A DNA stretch of 64,000 bases, from NCBI RefSeq assembly GCF_009914755.1, contig NC_060936.1; one strand, written 5' to 3'. The notes beneath the pieces were generated by a model. It was not told the origin of the DNA. It saw only the letters and a list, made by a program, of their open reading frames with translations, and did no database searches. Positions 12,561 to 26,129 of the stretch are shown here, one piece after another. Made by a program: the position numbers and the translations under genes. This DNA is from the human T2T-CHM13v2.0 reference genome, Homo sapiens. Within the stretch, counting starts at the first letter, position 1; each line of letters starts with the position of its first letter.

Positions 12561-13869
12561 GAAGGGAGGGTTCTACTCTAGCACAACAGAGGTACTGTCC
12601 CAAGAAACTTTGCCTGAGGGGTAGTCAACAGCTCTCCAATTTTACTTCAAGCCTGCAAAATGTAAGACACATGCAAAAATAGACAGCTTAGTGATCCAGA
12701 GAACAGGTTCAAGCCTGGCTTTACTACCTACTATCTGTGTGACCTTAGGCTAATTGCCTTATGTTCTTTACAGAAAATAAATCAATCTATGTCCTAGTAC
12801 ACAAATTAGAAAGGTTTGGAATATTTATTATAATAATTAATATTAATTTTAATAATTCATGGAAAGCTACCTATTGATAACTTACAGTAAACAATATTAA
12901 TTATTATTATTCATGTAATAATACATAGGTACAGTCTAGTTACACATGTGTAAAATAAAGATAGGCTATGGATACAGATTACATAAAGATATATGTTAAA
13001 ACAGATAAGCATTAGAATACATGTAAATAAGACCCAAATATAGACTAATCTTAGGTATAAATCTCCATTAGATTTCTAGAGATTATTTTGCCTGAAAGGG
13101 AAGGAAACCTAAGATTCATTTTATTTCCCCACATAGTCTTACAACTTTTATGCATTTCTATGGCTTTGGTTATTAAACATTTTTCACCAGTCATATTAAA
13201 GCATATTATTTTCATTCTTCCTAATAAAAAAATGAGTAATCTTTTTGCTGTACATTAAAAACTATGTATTGGGTAACATGTATACCATAAACCCATACAA
13301 ATTTATTCCTCTTTAAATGTGTTATTTGATATCACAGGTTTATATACCATGATGTGGGAAGCTTTAAGTAGGTTAGAAATGTGCTATAGCCACTGAGAAG
13401 AAGAATTCAACATTTAAATGAGAATATCAATATTATAATCCTAGATACACATAATTTATGGGAGACTCACTTTTGTTTGATGGATCGGAGGCTCAATTAC
13501 TGTAATTCTAATTTATAATTAAGTCTTCAATTACATGATGCTTAGATCTTCTCCTATCTGACACAAAATGCAAACAAATAACTAGAAAAATATAATACCA
13601 CATAATTTAATTTTAAAAATCAGGTTTTATTTTCAACTCAGTAAATAGTAGCCTAAAATACTGGCTTAAAAAAAAAAAACTTGGAGATTAGCCTATCGGA
13701 AGTGATTTTTGTAAGAGGGAAGAATAAAATACTGTCTTTTCCAACTGTTAATAACTGCAGTTCCTCTGACTGTGGTACCTTAAGGCAATTTATCAGTCTG
13801 ATTCATAAATAACCACAAGGCAGAATTTTTTGTGAACTGAAAGCAAAAACAGGGCAAGTGGTTTATTAA

Positions 13870-13893
13870 ATATATATATATATATATATATAT
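13870..13893. repeat. (TA)n microsatellite
   Basis: Directly visible. Confidence 0.95.
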
Positions 13894-15725
13894 CTGCTTT
13901 TAAAATAGATACTTCTAATAATAGATATTTCTAATACATATTTATTTAACCGTATCTCTCCCTTACTGGAATTTAGGTATTAAGCCAATTAATATAAACA
14001 GTTTCAAGGTAATCATAATAAGCTGGCAAGAAAACAGATGATCTATATTCAAATTCAAGTTCACACTTCTAGAAAAAATTGGCATAGGATTTTCAGCTGA
14101 ATATTAAGTATTTTATGGTCATATATTAATTTTGGAAGTAATAGCCTTGGAGGAATTAGATAGAGCTAGGGGGAGAGATGAGATCTTAAATTTAAAAAAA
14201 AAACAGCAATTAGCAACACTATCCAAAATCAGATATGCAAAATTTGTGAAAGGAAGTCTAATTTGGAACCTAAGAAACATGCAGAAAAATTCCCTTTGCA
14301 TTGCTGTTTTCTTTGGGAAAGAAATTCACCAAGTTCTAAATCATAATAAGTTAATTTCAAATTTATTTTTTATTTTTTAGTTCAGTTTTTGAAATAAGTG
14401 ATGATCATAATGTTAACAAGAAATAGCAAAAGAACATATGATTTATCTATTTTTCTTCTGGGCAGCTCCATTTCAATTGATGCTACCAGGATTCTATTAT
14501 GAATAAATGTTTATAATACCAAATAATACTATTGAATGGAAATGTAACTGACTGATATCAGAGCATAAAATGCATTGATGTTATGTTATTCAAGTAATTG
14601 AGACTATAGCATAATGTAGGAGTTGTAGAGCACAGCATAGAGCTGGAGATTTAGAGTCGATCATAGAACATTCTATAGTCATTAAATGTTCTACAGACAG
14701 TCTTGTTCTCCTTTTCATCCACTCAAGCTCCCCCTCCCCAAAATACAACTAAAATAAAGCTTTAAAGTTTATAATATTCTTTCATTTACTGGGATCAATT
14801 TAGAATATTTTATATCCTTATCTCTCCTTTCCTTAATATTTCTAGGACATATTTTTCATTACTTATACTTCCTCCCAAATGTAACTGACAGCATTCAAAT
14901 GAGCCACACCACCAGGTAAGAATTTCAAAGTGCATACAATGCTAAGTTCCTTGGGGTTAGTGCAGTGGCAAAGTCTGGATATTTCTTTTGTTTGAGAGCA
15001 ATCAAAACAGACGATACAGACAGTCCTTACTTGGCACAGTACAGTGTTAACTGTCTTTACCTTGCATGGCTCCATGAAATCAGTTACTATAAAGCAGGGA
15101 CATGGCTCCCCTGGTTCTGGTATGTACTGGTTTCAGTAAACACAGTACAGTACCACTCAAAGCAAGAATATAGTGGCATTTTAATGGCAGATAAATCTTC
15201 ATCCCTTTGCCTCCAGCATACCTTAAACTGGATTGTGAATCTTGAATGCATAGTGCAGTGGCTATGTAACACAATATTAAAATTGGAATCTTTCTCAATT
15301 TTAGCTTTGGTCCAAAGGCCAAAAATAATGTGGTGATGACCAGTATTTCCATATCCTTAAGCAAGGAGCTACATCAAGCCATGTGAAAATATTGTAAAAC
15401 AGATTCTGCCAGAATTGATAAACATTGTCTCTTAATGAGAGCATTATTGGCAAATTAGGCAGGAAATTTCTTCATGGAAAGTATACTGAATTTGCATTTC
15501 AGGATTTTTCGCATCTTTACACTTAGGCACCAAAGTCTATTCCTGTCTCACTCCTCACCCTCCCACTCCTCCTCCCCCAACACACAGAGGTGACTATTCC
15601 TGAGGACCAGATTTGAGCTGCAGAGTGGGCAGTGCATCTTAAAGTGCTTGACCTAAGAGGACTGCTAGAAAAGTAAAGCAACGTGGCCCATGGGTAAACT
15701 ACTAAATTCCATTCCATGTGAAGAG

Positions 15726-16194
15726 TATATTAATTTCCTATTGCTTCTGTAATGAATTTCCACAAATTAGTGACTTAAAATAACACAAATTTATTATTTC
15801 ACAGATTTGAAGGTTAGAATCTAAAAATCAAGGTGTTGGCAGGGGCTATGTTCCTTCTGCAGACTTCAGAGGAGAATCCATTTCCTTGCCTTATCCAGCT
15901 TTTAAAGGCTGCATGCATTTTTTGGCTTATGGCCTCTTCCTCCATCTTCAAAGAGCATTATTTCAATCTCTAGTTCTATGTTCACATCTCTTTTTCTAAC
16001 ACTAACCCTTTTGCCTCCTTCTTATAAGGACTCTTACATTGGATGCACCTAGCTAATTCAGAATTATCTCTCCATCTCAAGATTCTTAACCGACCTAATG
16101 TTCTCACACCCACAATGTCCCAAAGGTAACATAGCCACATGTCCTGGGATATAAGATGCAGACATTTTGGGGGTTCCTTATGCAGCCTACCACA
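15726..16194 (-). mobile_element. MLT1C-like MaLR solo LTR
   Basis: About 470-bp antisense MLT1C pattern (aaatcaaggtgttggcaggg...ggagaatccatttccttgcct...gcctaccaca). Confidence 0.85.
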
Positions 16195-16958
16195 AGGGGT
16201 AATTAAAAATGTAAGTTAGAACAGGCTTGGCCTGAATGTAAGAATACCTTGGATTCAAACCAAATTAAACTTTCTTGACCAGCCCAGGCAGGAGTGACCT
16301 CTCCATCCACTGAACTTCCATTATACTTATTTTCATCTATATATTGCCTGATATTATCATTCTATGTGTTTTCTTTCCACATAAATCCTAACTCTCTTAG
16401 CATAGGTTTATCCATACCTCTCTATATTCTGTAATGTTTCAATAAATATGTTGATTCGAGAAAAATAAATGGAAAGACAGTTTCAGTGGGCAGTTTCCTG
16501 TGTGTGGGAGGACTCTGCCTTAAAGTATCCTCTTTCAGTACCTGAAATTCCTTTTATTATATACTGCTTTCTGTTCTGTGGCATTGAATGCTCAGGCACA
16601 ATGACAAGATAACACCTTATTGGAATTAGTCACCAATACTAAGTGAATCATTTCAACAGATTTTGCCTGAACCTCCACTGCAAACTCATTAGGAGGAAGT
16701 ATATTAAGTTAGTCATTCTTTTATTGTACAGATTGCATTTGCCAAGTGTCTTTCACATAAGATTAATTCAACAAGGACCTATTAATGGATAATAGTTAGC
16801 TAAAAGCAAACTTTAATTAGCTGTGGAAAGGAGATAAGTAACTTTTGACCAGGGGAAACACCAAGAAACAGTATTTAGCAAGGAAGAAATTGTCCAAAAG
16901 AGAAAGAAGAAAAAGATAAATTTTATTTTATAATATTCTTTAGAATGTCTTTGGAAAT

Positions 16959-17179
16959 TGTGATAGGAAGACTCTAAAATGGTTCCTAGTGATTTCTACC
17001 TCCTGGTATTCACACCCTTGTGTAATCCCCCTCTCTTACATGTAGATGTTTAGGCCTAGTAAAAATATGGTTAAGTGTTGGGATGTCTTCTTGTCTCTCC
17101 TGTGATTAGGTTACTATAGACTGACTTTCTCTCTTCCTCTCTCTCTCTCTCTGACACACACACACATACACAAACACAG

Positions 17180-17211
<32 letters not shown>

Positions 17212-17537
17212 CCTGTCTGGGGGAAGTTGCCACACTGTACAGCTTATGGGAAGATCAAGGTAGCAAGAAACTGATGTCTCATGCCAACCACTAGCCAGGA
17301 AAGGAAGCTTGCCAAGCTCAGGTTAAGTGAATTCAGAAGTTGCTCCTCCCACAGTTTGAGCCTGAGCTGATGTCAGCCCTAGCTGATACTTTGATTGCAG
17401 CCTTGTGAGAGATCTGGAGTCTGAGGACCCAGCTAAACCGTGCCAAATTCCTACCCACAGATATTATGAAATAATATAAATTGTTTTAAGCCAGTAAGTG
17501 TTCAGGTAATTATTTACACAGGAATAAATAACTAATT
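16959..17537 (+). mobile_element. MLT1F/E-like solo LTR with an internal (CT)n(CA)n microsatellite (17128-17208)
   Basis: Motifs acctcctggtattcacacccttgtgtaatcccc...ttgattgcagccttgtgaga...gacccagctaa. Confidence 0.8.
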
Positions 17538-18281
17538 TTAGAGTCAATATTCATATATTTCTAATCTGTTATTGAGTTTTCTATGTTCACCATACAAGTG
17601 CTCATTATAAAATAAAAATATTTTACAGGTTGAATCTTTTTAGACCAATGAATCCATAAAAGAAATAAGCAATTTTCTTCCTCTGGATTTTATGGTCTGG
17701 TATTATAATTCTAATTACACTTCGAAAAGCAAAGCGATGTTAGAAAAACAATAATAAATGATCATTCAATTGATTGATGTTGACAACTATCAATATGAAT
17801 CATAAAATTGTACATATAACTTGTACTGTATCTGCTTCCACACATATTTTCATAGTATTGGTCAATTTTGAATGTATAAGAATCATTAAATTTCTAAGAA
17901 AAACATTTTTGTGGTGATAAATTCTAGGTGGAGTTTTGATACCCTAAAGCCATATAACTATCAATAAAGATATAAAATTCTATGACGAAAAAGCAGTTAT
18001 TTTTAATTATTTATAAATAGCTTGGCCTAGTTGACAATAATGTTTAAAAAGCAACTAATTTTTAGTTGCTGAATATATCATCACAGTAGATGATTTATAC
18101 TTTTTTAAACCTGAAATACTTTCTAACATAAGTACTCCTTAGTCAATATCTCTGACCACATAATGAAAATATCTATCCAACTCATTTTTACCTAGTGTTT
18201 TGGAATAAATGAGGCAGTTTAAGTCTCTTTTCAGGAAGCATTATAAAGTGTATAAGAGATAATATGATATAGTCTTATATA

Positions 18282-20708
18282 TCATAAGGTTAGATGTTTG
18301 TCCCCACCCAAATCTCATGTCGAATTTTAATCCCCAGTGTTGGAGGTGGGGTCTGGTGGGTGGTGTTTGGATCATGGGGGCAGATCCCTCATAACTCGGT
18401 GATGTCTTGGTAATAGTGAGTTCTCATGAGATCTGCTCATCAAAGAGTGTGTGGAACCTCCCCTCTAACTTTCTTTTGGTTGCTCCTGCTTTCACCGTGT
18501 GATGTCCCTGTTCCCCCTTCACTTCCCACCATGACTGAAAGCTCTCTGAGGCTTCTCCAGAAGCCAAGCAGATGCCCACACCATGCTCCTTGTAAAGCCT
18601 GCAGAACTGTAAGCCAATTTAAATTACCCAGTCTCATATATTTCTTTGTAGCAATGCAAGAATGGCCTAATACAGAAAATTGGTACCAGGAGTTTGGGGC
18701 ACTGCTATAAAAATACCTAAAAATGTGGAAGTGACTGTGTAACTGGGTAACGGGCAGAGGTTGGAAGAGTTTGGAGGGCTCAGAAGAATACAAAGAGATA
18801 AGGGAAAGTTTGGAACTTCTTAGAGACTGGTTAAATGGCTGTGACTAAAATGCTAATAGTAATATGGATGGTAAGGTCCAGGTGTCAAGGTCTTAGATGG
18901 AAATGAGGAACTTACAGGAACTGGAGCAAAGTTTACACATGTTATGCCTTAGCAAAGATCTTGGCTGCATTCTGTTCCTACTATAGGGATCTGTGGAAGT
19001 TTAAACTAAAGAGTGATGATTAGGGTATTTGATGAAAGAAATTTCTAATTAACAAAGTGTTCAAGATGTGGTCTGGCTACTTTTAATAGCCTATGTTCAG
19101 ATACAGGGGCAAAAAAAAATGACCTAAGATTGGAATTTATGTTTAAAAAAACAATGCATAAAGTTTGGAAAATCCATACCCTGGCCATGTGATAGAGAAA
19201 GAAAAGAGTTTTTATTTTTCCAGGAGAGAAATTCAAGGAGGCTGAAGAGCAACCACTTGCTAGAGAAATTTGCATAACTAAAAGGGACCCAAGTGCTGAT
19301 AGCCAAGACAATGGAAAAAGGCCTCAAAAGCATTTCAGAAAACTGTGTGGCAGCCCCTCACATCCATCACAGGCCTGGAGACCTAGGAAGAAAGAATGGT
19401 TTCATGGGCCAGACCTGGGGCCACCACTGTCCTGTGCAGCCTTCTTGGCATCCTGGTTGCTCCTGCTCCAGCCTTGGATCAAAGGGTTCCAGATACTGCT
19501 AGTGCTGCCAGATACTGATAGTGCAAAAGCCACTGAAAGCCTTGGTGGCTTCCATGTGGTGTTAAGCCTGTAGGTGTACAGAGTACAGGAGTGAATGAGG
19601 TTTGGTGCTATCTGCCTAGATTGCAGAGGATGTATTGAATAGCCTCAGTGCCCAGGCAAAAGCCTGCTGCAGGGGCAGAGTCCCCACAGAGAGCCTCTCC
19701 TAGGGAAGCTCCAATGGGAAAAGTTGGATTGGAGCCCCCACACAGGTTCCCCATGAGGGCACTGCATAGTGAAGCTATGAGAGAGAGGCTACCACCCTCC
19801 AGATCAGAGAACTGTAGATCCACCAGCAGCTTGCAACCTGTGCCTGGAGAAGCCACAGGCATTCAACAACCTGTGAGAGCAGCCTGGTGCTTAACTTTGC
19901 AAAGACACAGAAGTGGAGCTTTCCAAGGCCTTGGGAGTCCACCCCTTGCACCAGTTTGCCCTGGATATGGGATACGGAATAAAGATTATTTGGGAGCTTT
20001 AAAATTTAATGACTATCCTCTTTGGTTTCATAATTGCATGAGGTCTACAGCCCCTTTCTTTTGGCTAATTTCTCCTTATTGGAGTATGTTTGCCTAATGC
20101 CTATAACTGCATTGAATCTTGGAAATAACTAATTTGTTTTTTATTTTTCAGGCTCATAGGTGGAAGGGAATTGCTTTATCTCTGCTGAGACTTTGAACTT
20201 TTGAGTTTACACTGGAATTAGTTAAAAATTTGAGGGACTTTTGAGAAGGCATGATTGTATTTTGCAATGTGAGAAGGACATGAGATTTGGGAGGGGCCAG
20301 CAGTAAAATGATATAGTTTGAATATTTGTCCCCACCCTACTTTTATGTGGAATTGTAGTCCCAGTGCTGAAGATAGGGCCTGGTGGAAGGTGTCTGGATC
20401 ATAGGAGCATATCCTTCATGGCTTGATGGTGTCTTTGTGGTAGTAAGCTCTTGCGAGATCTGGTCATTTAAAATGTGGCACCTCCCTATCCCCTCTTGCT
20501 TGCTCCTACTTTTGCCATGTGATATGCCTGTTCCCCCTTCACCTTCTGCCATGATTGAAAGCTCCCTGAGGCTTCTTCAGAAGCCAAGCAAATGCCAGCA
20601 CCATGCTTCCTGTAAAACCTACAAAACTGTGAGCCAATTAAACTTTTTTTCTTTGTAAATTACCCAGCCAGGTATTTCTTTGCAGCAATGCAAAAATGGC
20701 CTAATACA
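18282..20708 (+). mobile_element. Complete MST (MSTB-like) MaLR provirus: 5'LTR 18282-18674, internal 18675-20308, 3'LTR 20309-20708
   Basis: Two direct ~400-bp LTRs, both ending ggcctaataca. The internal region starts gaaaattggtacc and ends with the purine tract gggaggggccag. TSD atata / agata. Confidence 0.9.
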
Positions 20709-21099
20709 AGATACTTTTTAAAAAAACAATATAAATTATTTCCCTTTTCATAAGCATTTGCAAATGATTCAGCCTTACTCTGTTCAGAAAAACACCAGCC
20801 AAAAAATAAAAATATAGTTTCATTAGCAAACTTTTCTGCTCAAATGATCATCTCTATACAGCAATTGTTTTTGGCTTCTTCTGAATGTTTTTGCACTTTA
20901 TATTTCCCAACTCTGGTTTCCTTTGGCAATTCCCTGACCTCATTTCTTAATTCTCAGTGCTATGTTATATAATTGTCTGAATAAGCAGTATCCCCCCAAA
21001 ATGAGACAAATTTATTGAGAATTTTGCAATCAGAAAATCAGCAAAAAGGCTAATTTAATATTAACATATTGTGATTTTTGTGTGGTGTAATTGAGTGTT

Positions 21100-21335
21100 G
21101 GTATTAATACAAGAGCTTTAGGCCTAGGATGCCTGGATTTGAATATTGGCTCTGACACTGTACAGATGTGTAACCTTGGGCTAGTTACTTAAGAGTTTTG
21201 TGTTTTAATTTCCCACATATAAAACTTACGTAACAATAGTACCTGCCTCTGATGATTCTTGGGAAGGTAAATGTGTACACACAGCAAATGCAAATAAGGG
21301 TTAAGTGGCAGTAGCACAAATAGCAATAGTAGCAG
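21100..21335 (+). mobile_element. MIR SINE
   Basis: Motifs gcctggatttgaat...tgtgtaaccttgggctagttactt...aatagtacct. Confidence 0.75.
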
Positions 21336-23258
21336 CAGTAGTAGACAGTGAAATACTGACTTGATGTGCTTTGTTTAAATTTTGATTTGCACATTGGCAG
21401 GAGGATAAATCTGGTCTTGTCAATTCCTCTACTGGGTCTGTGGCTGCAGGCTCTTAACTCTCATCATCCAGTCATGAAGAATGTGGTAGCATAATTTCAT
21501 CAGGAAGTATTGGGACCCAGTGAAGGGTGAGGAAAAAGACTGACATATTGCATATTTGCATATTTAAACCTTGCATATTTAATTTACACACTTATGAAGG
21601 AACCTAGTCTTGCTTATGAAGCAAAGACATAAGCCAAGTTTAACAAATCTGACAATATTTTTACAGATCGAATGGGGACCTCATTGAACAGGGTCTCTTA
21701 TACTCATCCTGTGCATAATGGCCTCAGCGAAACTTTTTCTTTATTAAACATACTGCTATGTTTTCAGTTGTTCATACTTTGCTTTTGATTGAGCAGTTTA
21801 TTAAGATATGTGATGAATTCTTCACCCAGTAAAGGAATTAAAGATTATTTGACACTTCCTTGGTGATAGGCAGAAAATAAGTTAACCTATTAAAATGCAA
21901 TCCAATTAGTCTTGACCTATATGATCCCCCGCTACTAGATGAAAAGATATTCTCTGATCCTTAAACCTTATGCACTTGAAAAGAAATAGAGTCCTACCTT
22001 TTGACCTTAATTTCTTTTCTCTTGAGAAATAGGTTTTTTTGACATGTGAAGTTAGAGAATATTAATCTTAAACTCAGGTTTGTTATGAGTCTAGCAGCTT
22101 CTTTGTCATTGTTGAAATGAATCATAGACAGACAATGCCTAATGAGAGAAATGGCAGGATTACTAGAAAATGTAGATCTCCCTGAATTTCTAAATTTTGC
22201 TTAATTAATATGTTTAAAATGTATAATGAATTAAGCATAAAAAGTAAAACATCTTTCCCATTCTCTTTCAATTGAAAGGAATTATCAGAAAGTGTATACA
22301 CTCCAAGTGACATATTTCTCAGTAAATCTTTTTTAGGCCCTTTAGGCTATTCTGATTCAGTAAATGTCACACAGTATGAGAAATTACATAAATTATGATA
22401 CATTATTTAAAAACTTATTTAGAGACTAAAATTAAGTATTCTATTTATAATTCTTTTCCTTTGCAATAACTATCAGCTCAGACTGGATAAGTATATCTAA
22501 TTAATCTGAGGAAGGAAAGGGGAAAAAGCCATGGAAATTAAGTAAGTCACATTTAAGATTATTAAAGTTTTATAAGCCACTTCAGCTAAAAAATCTATAC
22601 AGGAATATGTCAAACTATTTGATTTAGATTTACATTATTCAGAGCAAGACAATTCAAATTCTTTAGTAATAACATTCGTCCAGAAACTACAAGATAGCAT
22701 AGTTTTCCTTAGTAAACTGAAAATCAATCAGTAGAAAAACTTTTCCAAAATGTTACAAATGCTCCCATATGTCTGTCTCCTTCACTATTTAGAACATTTC
22801 CTCTAGACCAAGACTTTGCTTTGTTCACTGGTCTATTTCCAGGCACCTGGATCAATCAGTGTCTGCATATGATAGGCTCTCTCTCAATAAGTAGAGTTGA
22901 ATGCCTAGATGAATATACTATTTCAATTCAAGTCAGGCTAGAATGATCAATCAAGGAAATATCCAACATTAATTTTTAAGAAAACAAACTAGATATCATG
23001 TTTGGAACCTGAATGCAGTAATACTATAGCCAATGTGATAAGAATAATCCTATACAGACACATTTGTTGAGCAATATTTTTAAAGAAGCCACTTAAAATG
23101 TAGTAATATAAATGTCACCATGGATATAAGTATTCAAGAACAGAAACATTAAGGTGACAAAAGTAAAGATTCCAAGACTTACTCTGAGAATTTCTGATTC
23201 GATAGGCCAGGAGTTGAAAAACTTTGTTTCTAAGAAAGAAGATTTATTCATGTAGAAT

Positions 23259-23629
23259 TGCTATGAGTTGAATGTCCCCTCCAAAACTCATGTTGAAATG
23301 TAATTACCATTGTGATGGTGTTAAGAGGTGGGACCCTTATGAGGTAGTAAAACCATGAGGGTTTTGTCCTCATAAATGAATTAGTGCTGTTATTGCAGAA
23401 GCAAGTTTCTGATAAAAGTGAGTTTAGCCCCCTCATGCTCTCACTCTTAAACATGCTTTCTTGCCCTTCTACCTTCCACCATGAGATGACACAGCAAGAA
23501 GGCCCTAGCCAGATGAGGACCCCTTGACTTTGGATTTCCTAGCCTCCAGAACTGTAAAAAATAAATTTCCCTTATTTATAAATTAGCCTGTGTTATGCTG
23601 TTATCACAGCACAAAATGAACTTAAGAGA
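23259..23629 (+). mobile_element. MSTD/MSTC-like MaLR solo LTR
   Basis: Starts tgctatgagttgaatgtcccctccaaaactcatgttgaaat. Perfect 5-bp TSD AGAAT. Confidence 0.9.
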
Positions 23630-23837
23630 AGAATGGTTGTGAATAAAGAGCCAGAGGAAAGAACATGAAGAATTAGAAGTGTCAGGAAATAAATATTTTG
23701 TTTATCATTTGAAGTAAACCCTTTGTTGCAAATGAGTTTGCATATATTTTGGCCATTCCCTATGCCTGTGGAAGAAGGGTAGGTATGAGATGCACAGTTT
23801 AGAAGTGTTACTAATTTCAACCTATCTAGTCCTTTAT

Positions 23838-23871
23838 ACACACACACACACACACACCACAAACACACACA
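23838..23871. repeat. (CA)n microsatellite
   Basis: Directly visible. Confidence 0.9.
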
Positions 23872-26129
23872 TCTAGTGGAAACAAAAAGGTTCATTGATT
23901 TTTCTCCTTTAAAGTAGTGGTTTTGAGTAGACTGTATATGAGTTATCTATTGTATGTTCCATGACAATTAACATTTGTTGTAATAAAATGCATTTTAGCA
24001 AAACAGACTTTATTATAAGCGTTGGTAGAGCTAAGATTTTTACTATCTATGAGTAGCTTTGAAAGCAGACATTTCTACTAACTCAGAAAAGCCTTAGATC
24101 ACATATTTCACTATCAAGTAATATGCAGAATTAGGCCATGCATCTATTATAAAACCACAGAAAAATTTTAGAAATAAAACATTATAGGATTAAAGAAATT
24201 GTAAGAAATTACTAAAGGAGATATAGAGAGTATAGCACATTTCATGTGATCTACTCATGTCCTCAAACATTAGTAAAAGATAAAACAAGATGACTTTAAT
24301 GGTGACTTAAAATTGATTTGTTTCTATAGGGGTTTAAAAGTTTGATAGTGTTGAGTAAAGACTTTACTCTGGTAAACATTATACCAAATTATTTTGATAA
24401 ATATATTAATACATCAAAAGCATTTTTAAATTTTCATGATTTCAATATTGTACAATTTTTGCAGAGATATTTGCTTCTTAGTATAAAGGTTTTTTCACCA
24501 TTTATCATAAAAATTTTATGTAACCAAAATTATGTAGTGGTAAAATTGCTTTCTTCATAGTCATAGTAATATTATAAGCTCTTATTGAAGACATATAAAC
24601 ATAAAATAATAATATCCTCTCTAAAACAAAAAAAAAATAGCTTCTTTCTTGACTATTTGAATTATATTTAGGTTAGTTAAGTATAATCTAAATGAAAGAA
24701 AAAACAAATTATTGCATTCTAAGATTATGCCATAAACCTAAATGTTTGCTTTTAGTGGATTTCATCACCATGGTTGATCTCTATCATATAATATTAAGCA
24801 ATTTCAATTATTCTCTCTGAATACACATGTCTTAACCCTGAATCATCCTCCAAGTATCTTCCTATCTCTCTAGTCCATGTAGAACTAAAAGAGTAATACA
24901 CATTTATCTTTCTCCATATCTAACTTATTCAATTCCTAACCTGTCTCTGCATCCACATTTCTATTGAATCTTATTTTGCCAAGAGTAAAATAACCTTAAT
25001 ATATTGCTAAATAAAATTCTTACTGGATGTTCATAGTACATAATATAGTTGACTCTTCAATCCTTGAAATTTTAACCCATGAAACTTGTCTTCATCTTTC
25101 ATGAAAATATTGGACTTTCCCATATCCTATGACCATTTGTCTTCATACTGCTTCATGGATGCCTCTTCACCTGAGCTCCCCTGAAATGGTGGTGTTCTTC
25201 AGTTTAATCCTTGACCATATATCTTCATACTCTGTAATCCTTTTGGATGATCTCATCCATTCACAGAGTCATAATCACTAGCAATGATATATACTGATGA
25301 TGGCTAAACCTTTATCTCTTCTAGTGTTTATTTTCACTGAGACACATAAAATATAATGTTATATATAAAATATGTAAATGAAAATATTTTTAAATTAGTT
25401 ACTAATCAAATGCAGAGTTCTACAACTGTATGTCTACAGCTTTCAAATTAAAAAACAAAACTTAAAATTCCCATTCTCATGCTTTATAAAGATTTTTGTC
25501 TACCAAATATAAAATCTGTCATAACATGCAGAAAATTAAATGATGAATTATAAGAATAAAATATGGAACCTGGAAACCCTCTCTGACCAGAATAGGTTTG
25601 GTTTTTGTTTTGTTTTAACAAATTCCAAAGCATATGGTTCTGGGAAATGTGTTTCCAAACAATTTTCTAGCATTATTTAAAGATTACTAGTTCCACTTCT
25701 GGCATTGTGCACTATGTCTGAATTTATACATTGACTGCATACAGTGTTTAGAAGGATAAAAAAATAAAATGATAACCAAAAATTATCACAGAAATATTCC
25801 AGAGAACAGTTACCAAAAAAGACTATGGAGAAAACAAAAACCAAAATAACTAACATCGGTTGGATATACATATTGATTAGTTGGATATAAATAAATCAGT
25901 TGGTTATAAAATTGAGTGAAAATAAAAATTTTGTGTGGAGATAAACTTTACTAAGAATGCTCATAGTTTAAATTTCTTTTATTTATATACTATAAAAATT
26001 ATTTTTAATGTCACTGACAAGTTGCACCCAAATTTGGATTAAAAGGTTTGGAAGATAAAGAAGAAACAAACCATGGAGAAGTGAGTAAATTCGGTAAGAA
26101 CTTTGAATAAGTAAAGGTATACAAGATTT

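Noticed and set aside
14664-14693. Small inverted repeat tagaacatt / aatgttcta (similar ones at about 44527 and 46793)
   Set aside because: Stems of 9 bp or less are expected by chance in 64 kb of AT-rich DNA.
14863-15364. Overlapping ORFs of up to 123 aa in unique DNA
   Set aside because: No recognisable domain, Cys/Trp/Leu-skewed random-looking composition, and no supporting gene structure.
18426-20658. Cluster of ORFs of 69-149 aa, including two similar ones (18426 and 20383)
   Set aside because: All lie within the MST provirus. The similarity simply reflects the two LTRs, and no retroviral protein motif is evident.
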